Assembly (NCBI GenBank): GCA_964547695.1
Contig: CAZJOP010000001.1
Coordinates: 1-40,870, forward strand
DNA length: 40,870 bases
Source: an uncultured Syntrophorhabdaceae bacterium
GTDB lineage: Bacteria > Desulfobacterota > Syntrophorhabdia > Syntrophorhabdales > Syntrophorhabdaceae
Direction of reading: 5' to 3'
The translations under genes were made by a program, and so were the position numbers. The number at the start of each line of letters is the position of its first letter. Positions within the stretch are counted from its first letter, which is position 1. Below the pieces are notes generated by a model. That model was not told where the DNA came from. It did no database searches and saw nothing but the letters and a program-made list of their open reading frames with translations. Below are positions 1-8,523 of this stretch, piece after piece.

Positions 1-165
1 GCCTGCGAAGAGGCATGCCCCCAGGATATACCTCTTACAAAGTATTTCAAGGGCATCTCGGAGAGATTACAGCACCTGTTCTCCTATATGTCCGGAAGGG
101 ATATAAAGGAGACAATACCATATCTAACGTTTAAAGAGGATGAGCTAAAAGATGCAGAAGACTGA
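1..165 (+). CDS. 3' end of an Fe-S cluster protein (partial; start lies upstream of the window)
   Basis: Frame 1 is open from base 1 to TGA at 163-165. It translates to ACEEACPQDIPL..., a CxxxCP cluster-ligand motif typical of the last cluster of HdrC/SdhB-like ferredoxin domains. It overlaps the next start by 14 nt. Confidence 0.45.
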   Translation, partial: ACEEACPQDIPLTKYFKGISERLQHLFSYMSGRDIKETIPYLTFKEDELKDAED

Positions 166-616
166 TATGGAAAAGATAATAGAGTATACTGGCTATAAAA
201 GAAAAGATTTTTCTGTATGTCTTGGTTGCAAGATATGCGCCTCTGTCTGCACATTAAATGATTTTTCCATGCATGCAAATCCGCAGGGTCTTCTTTTAAA
301 GATATTTTTAGGGGACAACACAGTTGCCAATGATCCCCTTATAAAAAACTGTGTAAGCTGTTACAGATGCACTGATGCATGTCCTTGGCAGATAAGGGTG
401 CCCGAGGTGGTAAGGGCATTAAGGGAAGCCCTTGAATTGTCTTCTCCCTTTGAAAAGGCCTTTAAGGGTTCCATCTCTATCTGGGGAAGGGTTTATGAAC
501 CCTATATCTTCATGAATGCCATAGGTTTTCTTATAAAAAACGGATACCTGAAACATCTTTTGAAATGGACAGAATATGTAAGTTTTCATTTACCCCATAA
601 AATAAAAAGGATTTAG
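152..616 (+). CDS. hdrC: Heterodisulfide reductase subunit C-like 4Fe-4S protein
   Basis: Two cluster motifs, CLGCKICASVC and CVSCYRCTDACP. Size of 154 aa and position directly before a CCG-domain protein. Confidence 0.75.
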   Translation: MQKTDMEKIIEYTGYKRKDFSVCLGCKICASVCTLNDFSMHANPQGLLLKIFLGDNTVANDPLIKNCVSCYRCTDACPWQIRVPEVVRALREALELSSPFEKAFKGSISIWGRVYEPYIFMNAIGFLIKNGYLKHLLKWTEYVSFHLPHKIKRI

Positions 617-619
617 GAT

Positions 620-1297
620 ATGGAATACAGTTATTATCCAGGTTGTTCTTTAACCGGTTCTGCAAAAAGGCTTGATGTGGCCACAAGAAAGATACTTACA
701 AGGCTTGGCTATGGGATAAAGGAGATACCTGAATGGAACTGCTGTGGTGCCGTGGAATACGGCAATAAACAAGAGCTTATAAGACTATCCCGAGAAAATC
801 TCAAAAAGGCAGAGGCAGTGTCAAAAGCCGTAGTAGCCCCATGCCCTGCCTGTTACAGAAACCTGAAGGAATCCGATTGCGAAGGTGACTTTAGTATCTA
901 TAATCCCCTTGATTTGATAAATGTAACGGACATAAACAAGCTGGGTATTAAAAAAGACTTAAAAAACATGGTCTTCACACCTTATTACGGGTGTGTGCTG
1001 CTACGCCCAAAGGAAACGGCCATTAAAAATAAAAATATCATGGAAGAGATAATAATCAATTTTAGTGGCGAGATAGATGGGGAAAGGATAAGGGATAGGT
1101 GCTGCGGGGGTAACCTCTTTTTTTCCAATAAGGAGATGACGGAAAGATGCGTGAATCTCATTGCATCGAGGTCAAAGGGCATATTTGTTGTTTACTGTCC
1201 CTTATGTCATATGGCACTAAAGACCTTTTCCAATAGAAAGGTCGTATATATTACCGACATAATCTTATATATACTGGGAGAAAGAAAGAATATATGA
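620..1297 (+). CDS. hdrB: Heterodisulfide reductase subunit B-like protein (two CCG domains)
   Basis: Two CCG signatures (EWNCCGA, RDRCCGGN) plus flanking Cys motifs (PCPACY, YYGCV, YCPLCH). Short for an HdrB at 225 aa. Confidence 0.75.
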   Translation: MEYSYYPGCSLTGSAKRLDVATRKILTRLGYGIKEIPEWNCCGAVEYGNKQELIRLSRENLKKAEAVSKAVVAPCPACYRNLKESDCEGDFSIYNPLDLINVTDINKLGIKKDLKNMVFTPYYGCVLLRPKETAIKNKNIMEEIIINFSGEIDGERIRDRCCGGNLFFSNKEMTERCVNLIASRSKGIFVVYCPLCHMALKTFSNRKVVYITDIILYILGERKNI

Positions 1298-3039
1298 AAG
1301 TGCTTATAATCGGTGGTGGTATCAGCGGTATCTCGGCGGCAAAGGTCCTTCTCAAGGAAGGCCATAAGGTTACAATACTGGAATCTGCACAGGATTTAGG
1401 CGGTCTTATGGCAAGGATCGCCAACTGCCGTGTAGGTTTTAAGACCTTTTTCGATGAGATTCAAAACCGGAATAATTTAACTATTGTAAAGGGAAAAAAG
1501 ATAGAACATGTGGAAAAGAATAATGGGTTTTATAAGGTAAGGATAGAAGACGAAGGCGAGATAGAGGCAGAAAAGGTAATTATAGCAACAGGCCTTATAA
1601 CATATGACCCAATCGAATTAAAAGGAAAAAGGATCTTAACAAGCCTTGAATACGATGCCATAATCGACCAGAAGAACGAAACATTACCCGAGGATTTTAA
1701 TAAAATTGCCTTTGTCCTCTGCGTGGGTTCACGGTCAAAGGAATATCCCCTCTGCTCATCTGTGTGCTGCTCTTATACCATAAGGGAGATAAAGTGGACC
1801 CTTATGAGGTCAAACCCAAAGATAACAGTGTTTTATAATGATTTAAGGCTATTCGGACAGGAATTCTTTCTCGAAAAGCTCTTCAGGGAGAAAGGCGTTC
1901 GCTTTATAAGAACAAATACGAGATACTTCGAAGAAGACGAAGAGGGTGTAACAATCAGGTTTTTCTCAGAGGGTGAAATAAAGGAAGAGAGGTTCAACTA
2001 TGTGGTGCTCGGCATAGGATTAAGACCAAACCAAAGTTTATCCCATCTGTCAAAACTTTTTGGTTTTTCTCTTAATGCCTATGGATTTGTCCATGAAACA
2101 GCACCCCTTACCGCAGAAGATGGAAAGATATACATATGCGGTGGGGCAATAGAGCCCATGAACATAAAGGATTCTATCCTGACTGGATTTGGTGCAGGGC
2201 TACTTGCATCAGGGGATAAAGATAGATTTGAGGATGTATTGAAACACCATGAAAGCTATATTTATAAAGAAGGTGAACCCCAATTCTCAATAGACAATGA
2301 TGCATCCTCATACCTCTTCTACCTTGGAACCGATGACACCTTTTCTTCAATGTTTTATGAATATGCCTCCAGCAGGTTTATAGAAATCGCAAAAAGGCTC
2401 ATAAGCTCAGGCAAAAAGGTCTACATAATTACAAAGAACCTCGTTGTGCCATCCTATGGTGAATTAGATTACGAGGCCATAAAAGAACAAGGTGTGATAT
2501 TTATAAACCTTGAGGAAAATGAGCGCCTGGAAAAAAAGGAAGAAAGGGTTGTTATAACAGGTGGAAAAAGGGAGCTGTCCTTTACGGTGGATAGGATAAT
2601 CTTTATGGATGATTTCATTTCAAGCCTTAAGACAAAAGAGTTTCTCTCCTTTTACAGGTCAGAGCCACAACTCAGGTGGTCACCTACAAAATGGAATAGA
2701 GAAAGGTTCCACGTGGGTTTCATTAGGCATCCAAGGGCAAAAAGATGGGAAGGAAGAGAACTCATTGGTGCACTGGCAGAAATTTTACTTGATAAAGAAG
2801 AAGAGAGAATCATCCCTGAGGTAAATGAAGAAAGGTGCAGTGGCTGCGGTTCATGCAAAAATGCCTGTCCTCACAATGCCATTGAGATTACCCCTGTGCC
2901 AAAAGATGTGGCCATCTTCGGGCTTTTAAGCAATACCCTTAACCCTGTGGCAAAGATAAATTCAGATTTATGTATGGGCTGCGGTCTGTGCGCATCCACT
3001 TGCCCCTCTGATGTAATAAACTTGCCCTCTACCGGATAA
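1294..3039 (+). CDS. hdrA: HdrA-like FAD-dependent oxidoreductase with C-terminal 2x[4Fe-4S] ferredoxin domain
   Basis: N-terminal GGGISGISAA dinucleotide fold. HdrA-type cluster motif CVGSRSKEYPLCSSVCCSY. C-terminal CSGCGSCKNACP and CMGCGLCASTCP. ATGA overlap with hdrB. Confidence 0.75.
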   Translation: MKVLIIGGGISGISAAKVLLKEGHKVTILESAQDLGGLMARIANCRVGFKTFFDEIQNRNNLTIVKGKKIEHVEKNNGFYKVRIEDEGEIEAEKVIIATGLITYDPIELKGKRILTSLEYDAIIDQKNETLPEDFNKIAFVLCVGSRSKEYPLCSSVCCSYTIREIKWTLMRSNPKITVFYNDLRLFGQEFFLEKLFREKGVRFIRTNTRYFEEDEEGVTIRFFSEGEIKEERFNYVVLGIGLRPNQSLSHLSKLFGFSLNAYGFVHETAPLTAEDGKIYICGGAIEPMNIKDSILTGFGAGLLASGDKDRFEDVLKHHESYIYKEGEPQFSIDNDASSYLFYLGTDDTFSSMFYEYASSRFIEIAKRLISSGKKVYIITKNLVVPSYGELDYEAIKEQGVIFINLEENERLEKKEERVVITGGKRELSFTVDRIIFMDDFISSLKTKEFLSFYRSEPQLRWSPTKWNRERFHVGFIRHPRAKRWEGRELIGALAEILLDKEEERIIPEVNEERCSGCGSCKNACPHNAIEITPVPKDVAIFGLLSNTLNPVAKINSDLCMGCGLCASTCPSDVINLPSTG

Positions 3040-3048
3040 CCTTAACTG

Positions 3049-3774
3049 CTATAAATCAAGGGCCTTAAGCATTGTTTCCGTGTCTATGTGTTTTGCAAAT
3101 AGTCTTGCAAGGTACTGCCTATTCATGCCGTCTTTTAATAGTTTTTTCTTGTAAGGAAATACCCCCAGTATGGGACAATCAAGATAATTGGAAAGTATGG
3201 CAGGATTTGTTCTTGCTGCAAGGTCACCGGTTCCATCGTTGTTATTGAGTATCACCCCTATAATCTTTATACCTCTTGTTTTAAGGTAACCCACTGTAAG
3301 CAGTGTATGGTTTATGGTCCCAAGCCCCAACCTCGAAACGATTAACGTTGGACAGCCCCATCTCTTTATGAGGTCTCCGTAGAAAAACTTTTTTTTGATG
3401 GGCACAAGGACCCCTCCGGCACCTTCTATGACAACTATGTCGTGTTCATTTAATATCCTCTTGTAGATTCTATCCACCATATTTAAATCCACCTTTACAT
3501 TTTCCAGAGATGCAGCCACTTCAGGTGCCAATGGTGCCTCAAACGTATAGGGGCTTATGGAATTTAGGTCGTCTGAACTGCCCGAGGCCTCTTTAAGGCA
3601 TATGGCATCCCAGGGAAGTTCATCTTTATTGCGTTTTGAAAGGCCGCTCTCAAAGGGCTTCATAACCCCTACATTTAACTTTCTCTTCAAGGACAAAAAC
3701 GCCGAGAGACATGCAGAGATTGTTGTCTTCCCGACCCCTGTATCGGTTCCTGTTACAAATATGGATTTCATCAT
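3049..3774 (-). CDS. bioD: Dethiobiotin synthetase
   Basis: N-terminal FVTGTDTGVGKTT P-loop, MKPFESG, and IEGAGGVLVP motifs characteristic of BioD. Confidence 0.85.
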   Translation of the reverse strand: MMKSIFVTGTDTGVGKTTISACLSAFLSLKRKLNVGVMKPFESGLSKRNKDELPWDAICLKEASGSSDDLNSISPYTFEAPLAPEVAASLENVKVDLNMVDRIYKRILNEHDIVVIEGAGGVLVPIKKKFFYGDLIKRWGCPTLIVSRLGLGTINHTLLTVGYLKTRGIKIIGVILNNNDGTGDLAARTNPAILSNYLDCPILGVFPYKKKLLKDGMNRQYLARLFAKHIDTETMLKALDL

Positions 3775-3980
3775 CTAAACACCAGAGATATAACAATTGA
3801 TATGCCTATTAGAAAGCATCCACATATGATAGATAGACCTAAATTGCCTTCCATAGAAATCCTTTTTTCAAAATCTGCACTTATTGACGCACCGAATATC
3901 TTTATTGCCACTATGGCAATAAATAAATATACCGCCGAATATATGAATATCTCTATTATATTACTGATTATCTTCCACAT
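3771..3980 (-). CDS. Small two-TM membrane protein, DUF350-like
   Basis: 69 aa with two hydrophobic helices separated by DFEKRISMEGNLG, resembling the DUF350 (YjfL-like) repeat. 4-nt overlap with bioD. Confidence 0.45.
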   Translation of the reverse strand: MWKIISNIIEIFIYSAVYLFIAIVAIKIFGASISADFEKRISMEGNLGLSIICGCFLIGISIVISLVFR

Positions 3981-3988
3981 ATCATCAC

Positions 3989-4630
3989 CTAATTGGTCAA
4001 ATAATAAACAAGACTGTCAAGGGCAGACGTAAAAAAGAGATTCCTTACCTTTACATGCTCTGGCGCGCTCACAGGGGCCGGCGATAGGTTCAAAATACCC
4101 TTTATATTTGCATCCACAAGCTGGTTTGCCACCTTCTGTGCCTCTGATGGTGGCACCGTTATGATACCAATCTCAATATTTCTTGCCTCAACCACCTCTT
4201 TTAATCTACTTACATGGAGGATCTCAACGGGTCTACCTACCCTTTCAGAGATATTTCCTATTACCTTTACAGGGTCTATATCAAAGGCTGCAACTATCCT
4301 GTAATTCTGTTTCAAAAAGTCTTTGTAAACAAGAAGGGCACTGCCGAGGTTTCCTATACCCACTACGGCAATCCTCCATTCCCTGTCTATACCCAATATC
4401 CTCTTGATGTGATCTTTAAGCTCTGCAATATTGTAGCCCATGCCCCTTATACCGAATTCACCGAAATAGGCAAAGTCCTTCCTCACCTGCGCAGGGTTTA
4501 CATTGCATAGATTTGCAAGGGTGGCACTCGATGCAACCTTTTCGTTTTTTGATTGGAGCTCTTCAAGACATTTAAGGTAATTCGATAGCCTCCTGATTGT
4601 CGCTTCAGGTATCTTTGAGTATTTAGCCAT
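3989..4630 (-). CDS. rex: Redox-sensing transcriptional repressor Rex
   Basis: N-terminal IPEATIRRLSNYLKCLEEL winged-helix signature and VGIGNLGSALL Rossmann NADH-binding motif. 213 aa. Confidence 0.85.
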   Translation of the reverse strand: MAKYSKIPEATIRRLSNYLKCLEELQSKNEKVASSATLANLCNVNPAQVRKDFAYFGEFGIRGMGYNIAELKDHIKRILGIDREWRIAVVGIGNLGSALLVYKDFLKQNYRIVAAFDIDPVKVIGNISERVGRPVEILHVSRLKEVVEARNIEIGIITVPPSEAQKVANQLVDANIKGILNLSPAPVSAPEHVKVRNLFFTSALDSLVYYLTN

Positions 4631-4705
4631 ATTCCCACCTAATAAAAAACTTTTTGAAATATCTAACAGTTATTTTAATTAATTGCAAGAGAAATTTTTA
4701 ACAAG

Positions 4706-5482
4706 CTACAAGCCCAACACATCCCTCATGGTGTAACATCCGGTTTTTTGCCTGACAACCCATTTTGCTGCCATAAGGGCACCCCTTGCAAAATTTTCCC
4801 GTGAGCCTGCCCTGTGGGTAATCTCTATTCTTTCGCCTATCCCTGCAAAATAAACAGTATGCTCTCCCACAATGTCACCTGCCCGTAAGGCCATAATCCC
4901 TATCTCTTCTTTTCGCCTTTGCCCTGTTATGCCCTGTCTTCCGTATACTTCCACCCAGTTTTTCTCTGTGTCCGTGCCTTCTATAATCTCCTTTAACCTC
5001 ATTGCAGTGCCGCTTGGTGCATCCTTTTTCCACTTATGGTGCATTTCTAATATCTCTATGTCATAGCCCTCTTTCAATATTCTTGATGCTATTTCAACGA
5101 GATGAAACATAAGATTCATACCAATACTCATATTAGGTGAAAATACAATTTTTGTATCTTCTGTTTTTCTTATTAAACTTAATTCATCCTGAGTGAAACC
5201 TGTTGTGCCTATCACCATTGCCTTTTTGTGTGCCTTTGCAATCTTCAGATACTCCATAGACGCCTTTGGCTCTGTAAAGTCTATCACTACATCGCAGTCA
5301 TCTATTATCCCTTCTATGTCATCTACAATCTCAATGCCTGTGTCCATATCTCGTGTGCCTACCGAAACATGACCCTTTTTTTCCACAAGACCTCTGATTG
5401 TAAAGTCCCTATCCTCTATTGCAAGTCCTTTTATAGCCTTGCCCATCTTTCCTGCTGCACCGGTTATTATGAGACTTATCAT
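4706..5482 (-). CDS. dapB: 4-hydroxy-tetrahydrodipicolinate reductase
   Basis: GAAGKMG nucleotide-binding motif and EMHHKWKKDAPSGTA catalytic signature. Confidence 0.9.
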   Translation of the reverse strand: MISLIITGAAGKMGKAIKGLAIEDRDFTIRGLVEKKGHVSVGTRDMDTGIEIVDDIEGIIDDCDVVIDFTEPKASMEYLKIAKAHKKAMVIGTTGFTQDELSLIRKTEDTKIVFSPNMSIGMNLMFHLVEIASRILKEGYDIEILEMHHKWKKDAPSGTAMRLKEIIEGTDTEKNWVEVYGRQGITGQRRKEEIGIMALRAGDIVGEHTVYFAGIGERIEITHRAGSRENFARGALMAAKWVVRQKTGCYTMRDVLGL

Positions 5483-5515
5483 AACATTTACTCCTTATTT
5501 ACTTTTTTTCATTGA

Positions 5516-6406
5516 TTACATCTGTTCCTTTATAAGACCGTAACTTTTTACTATACCTTTTAGAATCTCACTGTTTTTTTCTGAGATGGGACACAGGGGC
5601 AGCCTTAATTCGTTTTTAATAATACCCATAAAAGACAGGGCAGCCTTTACAGGGATGGGATTTGTCTCAATAAACATGGCCTGCATAAGGGGCATTAATT
5701 CTGTATGTACATCTATTGCCTTTTGGATATCCTTCTCAACAAGAAATGCCCTGTATAGTTCTATCATCTTCTCCGGGATTATGTTGGATGCAACGGATAT
5801 AACACCCTTAGCACCTACACTCATCATGGGTAGAAAAAGATTATCATCCCCGGACATTATGGTAAACATACCTTTTGTTAGCCTGTATATATCCGATACC
5901 TGTGTTAATGACCCTGATGCCTCTTTAATACCTATTATGTTTTTTACCTGTGAGAGTCTGTAAACTGTCTCCGGCGCAATGTTTACACCTGTTCTACCAG
6001 GGACATTATATAAAACAACAGGTATATCCACCTCTTCTGCAATCTTTTTGAAGTGTTGATAAAGGCCTTCCTGTGTGGGCTTATTATAGTAAGGTGCTGC
6101 AAGAAGGCACATGTCTGCGCCCACCTTTTTTGCAGCCTCTGTGAGCTCTATTGCCTCCCTTGTGCTGTTAGACCCTGTGCCAGCTACAACAGGCACCCTG
6201 CCGTTTACATGCCTTACAGTAATCTCTATAACCCTTATATGTTCCTCGTAATCAAGCGTTGCTGCCTCTCCTGTGGAACCACAGGGCACTAAACCGTCTA
6301 TGCCTGCCTTTAATTGTAAATCCATAAGGTTTTTAAAGCTTGCCTCATCGACAAGACCATCTTTAAATGGTGTTACGATTGCCGTATAAACACCTTTTAA
6401 TACCAT
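5516..6406 (-). CDS. dapA: 4-hydroxy-tetrahydrodipicolinate synthase
   Basis: TAIVTPF...GLVPCGSTGEAATL N-terminal signature and GIKEASG active-site Lys region. Confidence 0.9.
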   Translation of the reverse strand: MVLKGVYTAIVTPFKDGLVDEASFKNLMDLQLKAGIDGLVPCGSTGEAATLDYEEHIRVIEITVRHVNGRVPVVAGTGSNSTREAIELTEAAKKVGADMCLLAAPYYNKPTQEGLYQHFKKIAEEVDIPVVLYNVPGRTGVNIAPETVYRLSQVKNIIGIKEASGSLTQVSDIYRLTKGMFTIMSGDDNLFLPMMSVGAKGVISVASNIIPEKMIELYRAFLVEKDIQKAIDVHTELMPLMQAMFIETNPIPVKAALSFMGIIKNELRLPLCPISEKNSEILKGIVKSYGLIKEQM

Positions 6407-6446
6407 AACTCCTCCTTTTATTTAAACTTTTTTAATATTCCATGTC

Positions 6447-7259
6447 TTATAAGAGGGCCTCCTCGTATAACTCACCCTTAAACACAATCCTTGATTCTCC
6501 TTCAAGGTAAACCTTATCTTCCACGAATATGTTTATGATCTCACCACCTCTTGTCCATATTCTAACAGGGGTATTAATAAGTCCCTTTTCTTTCAAAATC
6601 ACCCCTGTTGCAACGGCCCCTGTGCCGCATGCAAGGGTCTCTCCCTCAACCCCCCTTTCATAGGTTCTTATTTTCACATTATTTTCGTCCATAATCTGGA
6701 CAAAATTTACATTAGAACCCTGTGTGCCGAATACGCTATGATGTCTTATCTTTCTTCCAATCTCATCTACAGGAATCCTCTCGATATCATCTGAGATAAC
6801 CACTGCATGAGGGACACCGGTATTTACACTGCTTATAAAGATCTCTGTATCGTTAAATCTCAAGGGATAATCAAGCCTCAAATCCCTGGGGTCTGTAAGT
6901 TGAATTTTTACCTTACTCGATGAAACCTGTGCCCTTATAATCCCTGCCAGTGTTTCAAAGGACATCTCTGATTTTGCTATACCCTTAATATATGCATATC
7001 TTGCCACACATCTGCCACCGTTTCCGCACATCTCTGCCTCGGAGCCATCGGCATTAAAGAACCTCCATTTGAAATCTGCCTTATCAGAATTTTCAATGAG
7101 AATTACACCATCTGCACCTACTGATAGATGCGGTCTGCATATCTTTGAAACAAAATCAGGCACATCCTTGCATAATCTGTATATGATACCGTCCCTGTTG
7201 TCAAATATGATAAAATCATTACCGCTTGCATTTAGTTTATAAAATTCCAATCCCTTCAT
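6447..7259 (-). CDS. dapF: Diaminopimelate epimerase
   Basis: KLNASGNDFIIFD N-terminus and the two catalytic Cys contexts (MCGNGGRC, LACGTGAVA). Confidence 0.9.
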   Translation of the reverse strand: MKGLEFYKLNASGNDFIIFDNRDGIIYRLCKDVPDFVSKICRPHLSVGADGVILIENSDKADFKWRFFNADGSEAEMCGNGGRCVARYAYIKGIAKSEMSFETLAGIIRAQVSSSKVKIQLTDPRDLRLDYPLRFNDTEIFISSVNTGVPHAVVISDDIERIPVDEIGRKIRHHSVFGTQGSNVNFVQIMDENNVKIRTYERGVEGETLACGTGAVATGVILKEKGLINTPVRIWTRGGEIINIFVEDKVYLEGESRIVFKGELYEEALL

Positions 7260-7260
7260 G

Positions 7261-8520
7261 TTATAACCTCAGAAAATCTGGAATAGATTCACCTTTTATA
7301 AGGTCTTTTTTTGTTTCCCTCGCTCTTATTACATAAAATTTATGGTCTTTTACAAGCACCTCCGGTGGCCTTGGCCTTGAGTTATAGTTGGAAGACATGG
7401 AAAAACCATATGCCCCTGCACCGTATAGGGCAATAAAATCACCACTTTGAACATAAGGAAGAATACGGTCTTTTGCAAAAAAGTCCCCTGATTCACAGAT
7501 AGGACCCACTATATCCACCTTTTTTCCCTTAGTATCTCTTTTATCAACAAGGGCTATCTCGTGATAGGCCCCGTATAAGGAAGGTCTTATCAAGTCGTTC
7601 ATGCCGGCATCCACTATAACAAATGTCTTTTCAGGAACTTCCTTAATATATAAGACCTTTGTAACCAAAATACCACTATTACCCACTATCACCCTGCCCG
7701 GCTCCAGTATTAACGTTACATCTAAATCCCTTATTTCCTTTATAATTGCATCCCCATACTCTTCAGGGTGGGGTGCCTTTTCATCTTTATAGGTGATCCC
7801 CAGTCCACCCCCTATATCGAGGTATTTTATCTCTAAACCGAGGCCTCTTAATTGAAAGAGCATTTCCTTTAAGGATCTTATGGCCTCAAGAAAGGGAGAA
7901 AGCTCTAAAATCTGAGAGCCTATATGGGATGAGATACCCACGGGGTTTAAATATCTATGGTTTTTCATCTTTTTGTATAGCCTTATCGCATCATCCCAGA
8001 TGATGCCGAACTTATTCTTTTTCAAGCCTGTGGTGATATAGGGATGGGTCTTGGGGTCTATCTGGGGATTTACCCTTATGGACACATTCACAGGCCTTTT
8101 AAGTTTTGTGGAAAGGCGTGAAATAGTATCAAGCTCAGCCTCTGATTCAATGTTTATCATAAGTATATTTGCATTAATTGCACTTTTTAGTTCCTCCTGT
8201 GTCTTGCCCACCCCTGAATATACGATCTTATCTACAGGGATGTTTGCCTTAAGCGCCCTGTACAGCTCCCCTCCGGAAACAATATCTGCCCCACCGCCTA
8301 AGTTTCTAAAAACAGACATAACGGCAATATTAGAATTTGCCTTACAGGAATAACAGATTAAATGGGGTATACCTTTAAATGCCCTGTCAAATACCTGAAA
8401 GTGTCTTTCAAGTGTTTTATAGCTATAAATATAAACAGGGGTCTTTGTCTTTTTTATGATTTCCCTTATCGGGACTTGCTCGCAGTAAAGATGGTCATCT
8501 CTGTATTCAAAATAATGCAT
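7261..8520 (-). CDS. lysA: Diaminopimelate decarboxylase
   Basis: PLP-Lys motif YSCKANSN, DIGGGLGI, and ESGD region. 419 aa. Confidence 0.9.
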   Translation of the reverse strand: MHYFEYRDDHLYCEQVPIREIIKKTKTPVYIYSYKTLERHFQVFDRAFKGIPHLICYSCKANSNIAVMSVFRNLGGGADIVSGGELYRALKANIPVDKIVYSGVGKTQEELKSAINANILMINIESEAELDTISRLSTKLKRPVNVSIRVNPQIDPKTHPYITTGLKKNKFGIIWDDAIRLYKKMKNHRYLNPVGISSHIGSQILELSPFLEAIRSLKEMLFQLRGLGLEIKYLDIGGGLGITYKDEKAPHPEEYGDAIIKEIRDLDVTLILEPGRVIVGNSGILVTKVLYIKEVPEKTFVIVDAGMNDLIRPSLYGAYHEIALVDKRDTKGKKVDIVGPICESGDFFAKDRILPYVQSGDFIALYGAGAYGFSMSSNYNSRPRPPEVLVKDHKFYVIRARETKKDLIKGESIPDFLRL

Positions 8521-8523
8521 AGT

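Noticed and set aside
4683-4704. TTGTTAAAAATTTCTCTTGCAA (minus strand) upstream of rex as a possible Rex operator.
   Set aside because: It is not an inverted repeat: TTGTTAA and TTGCAA are in the same orientation. It also departs from TTGTGAA-N6-TTCACAA in key positions.
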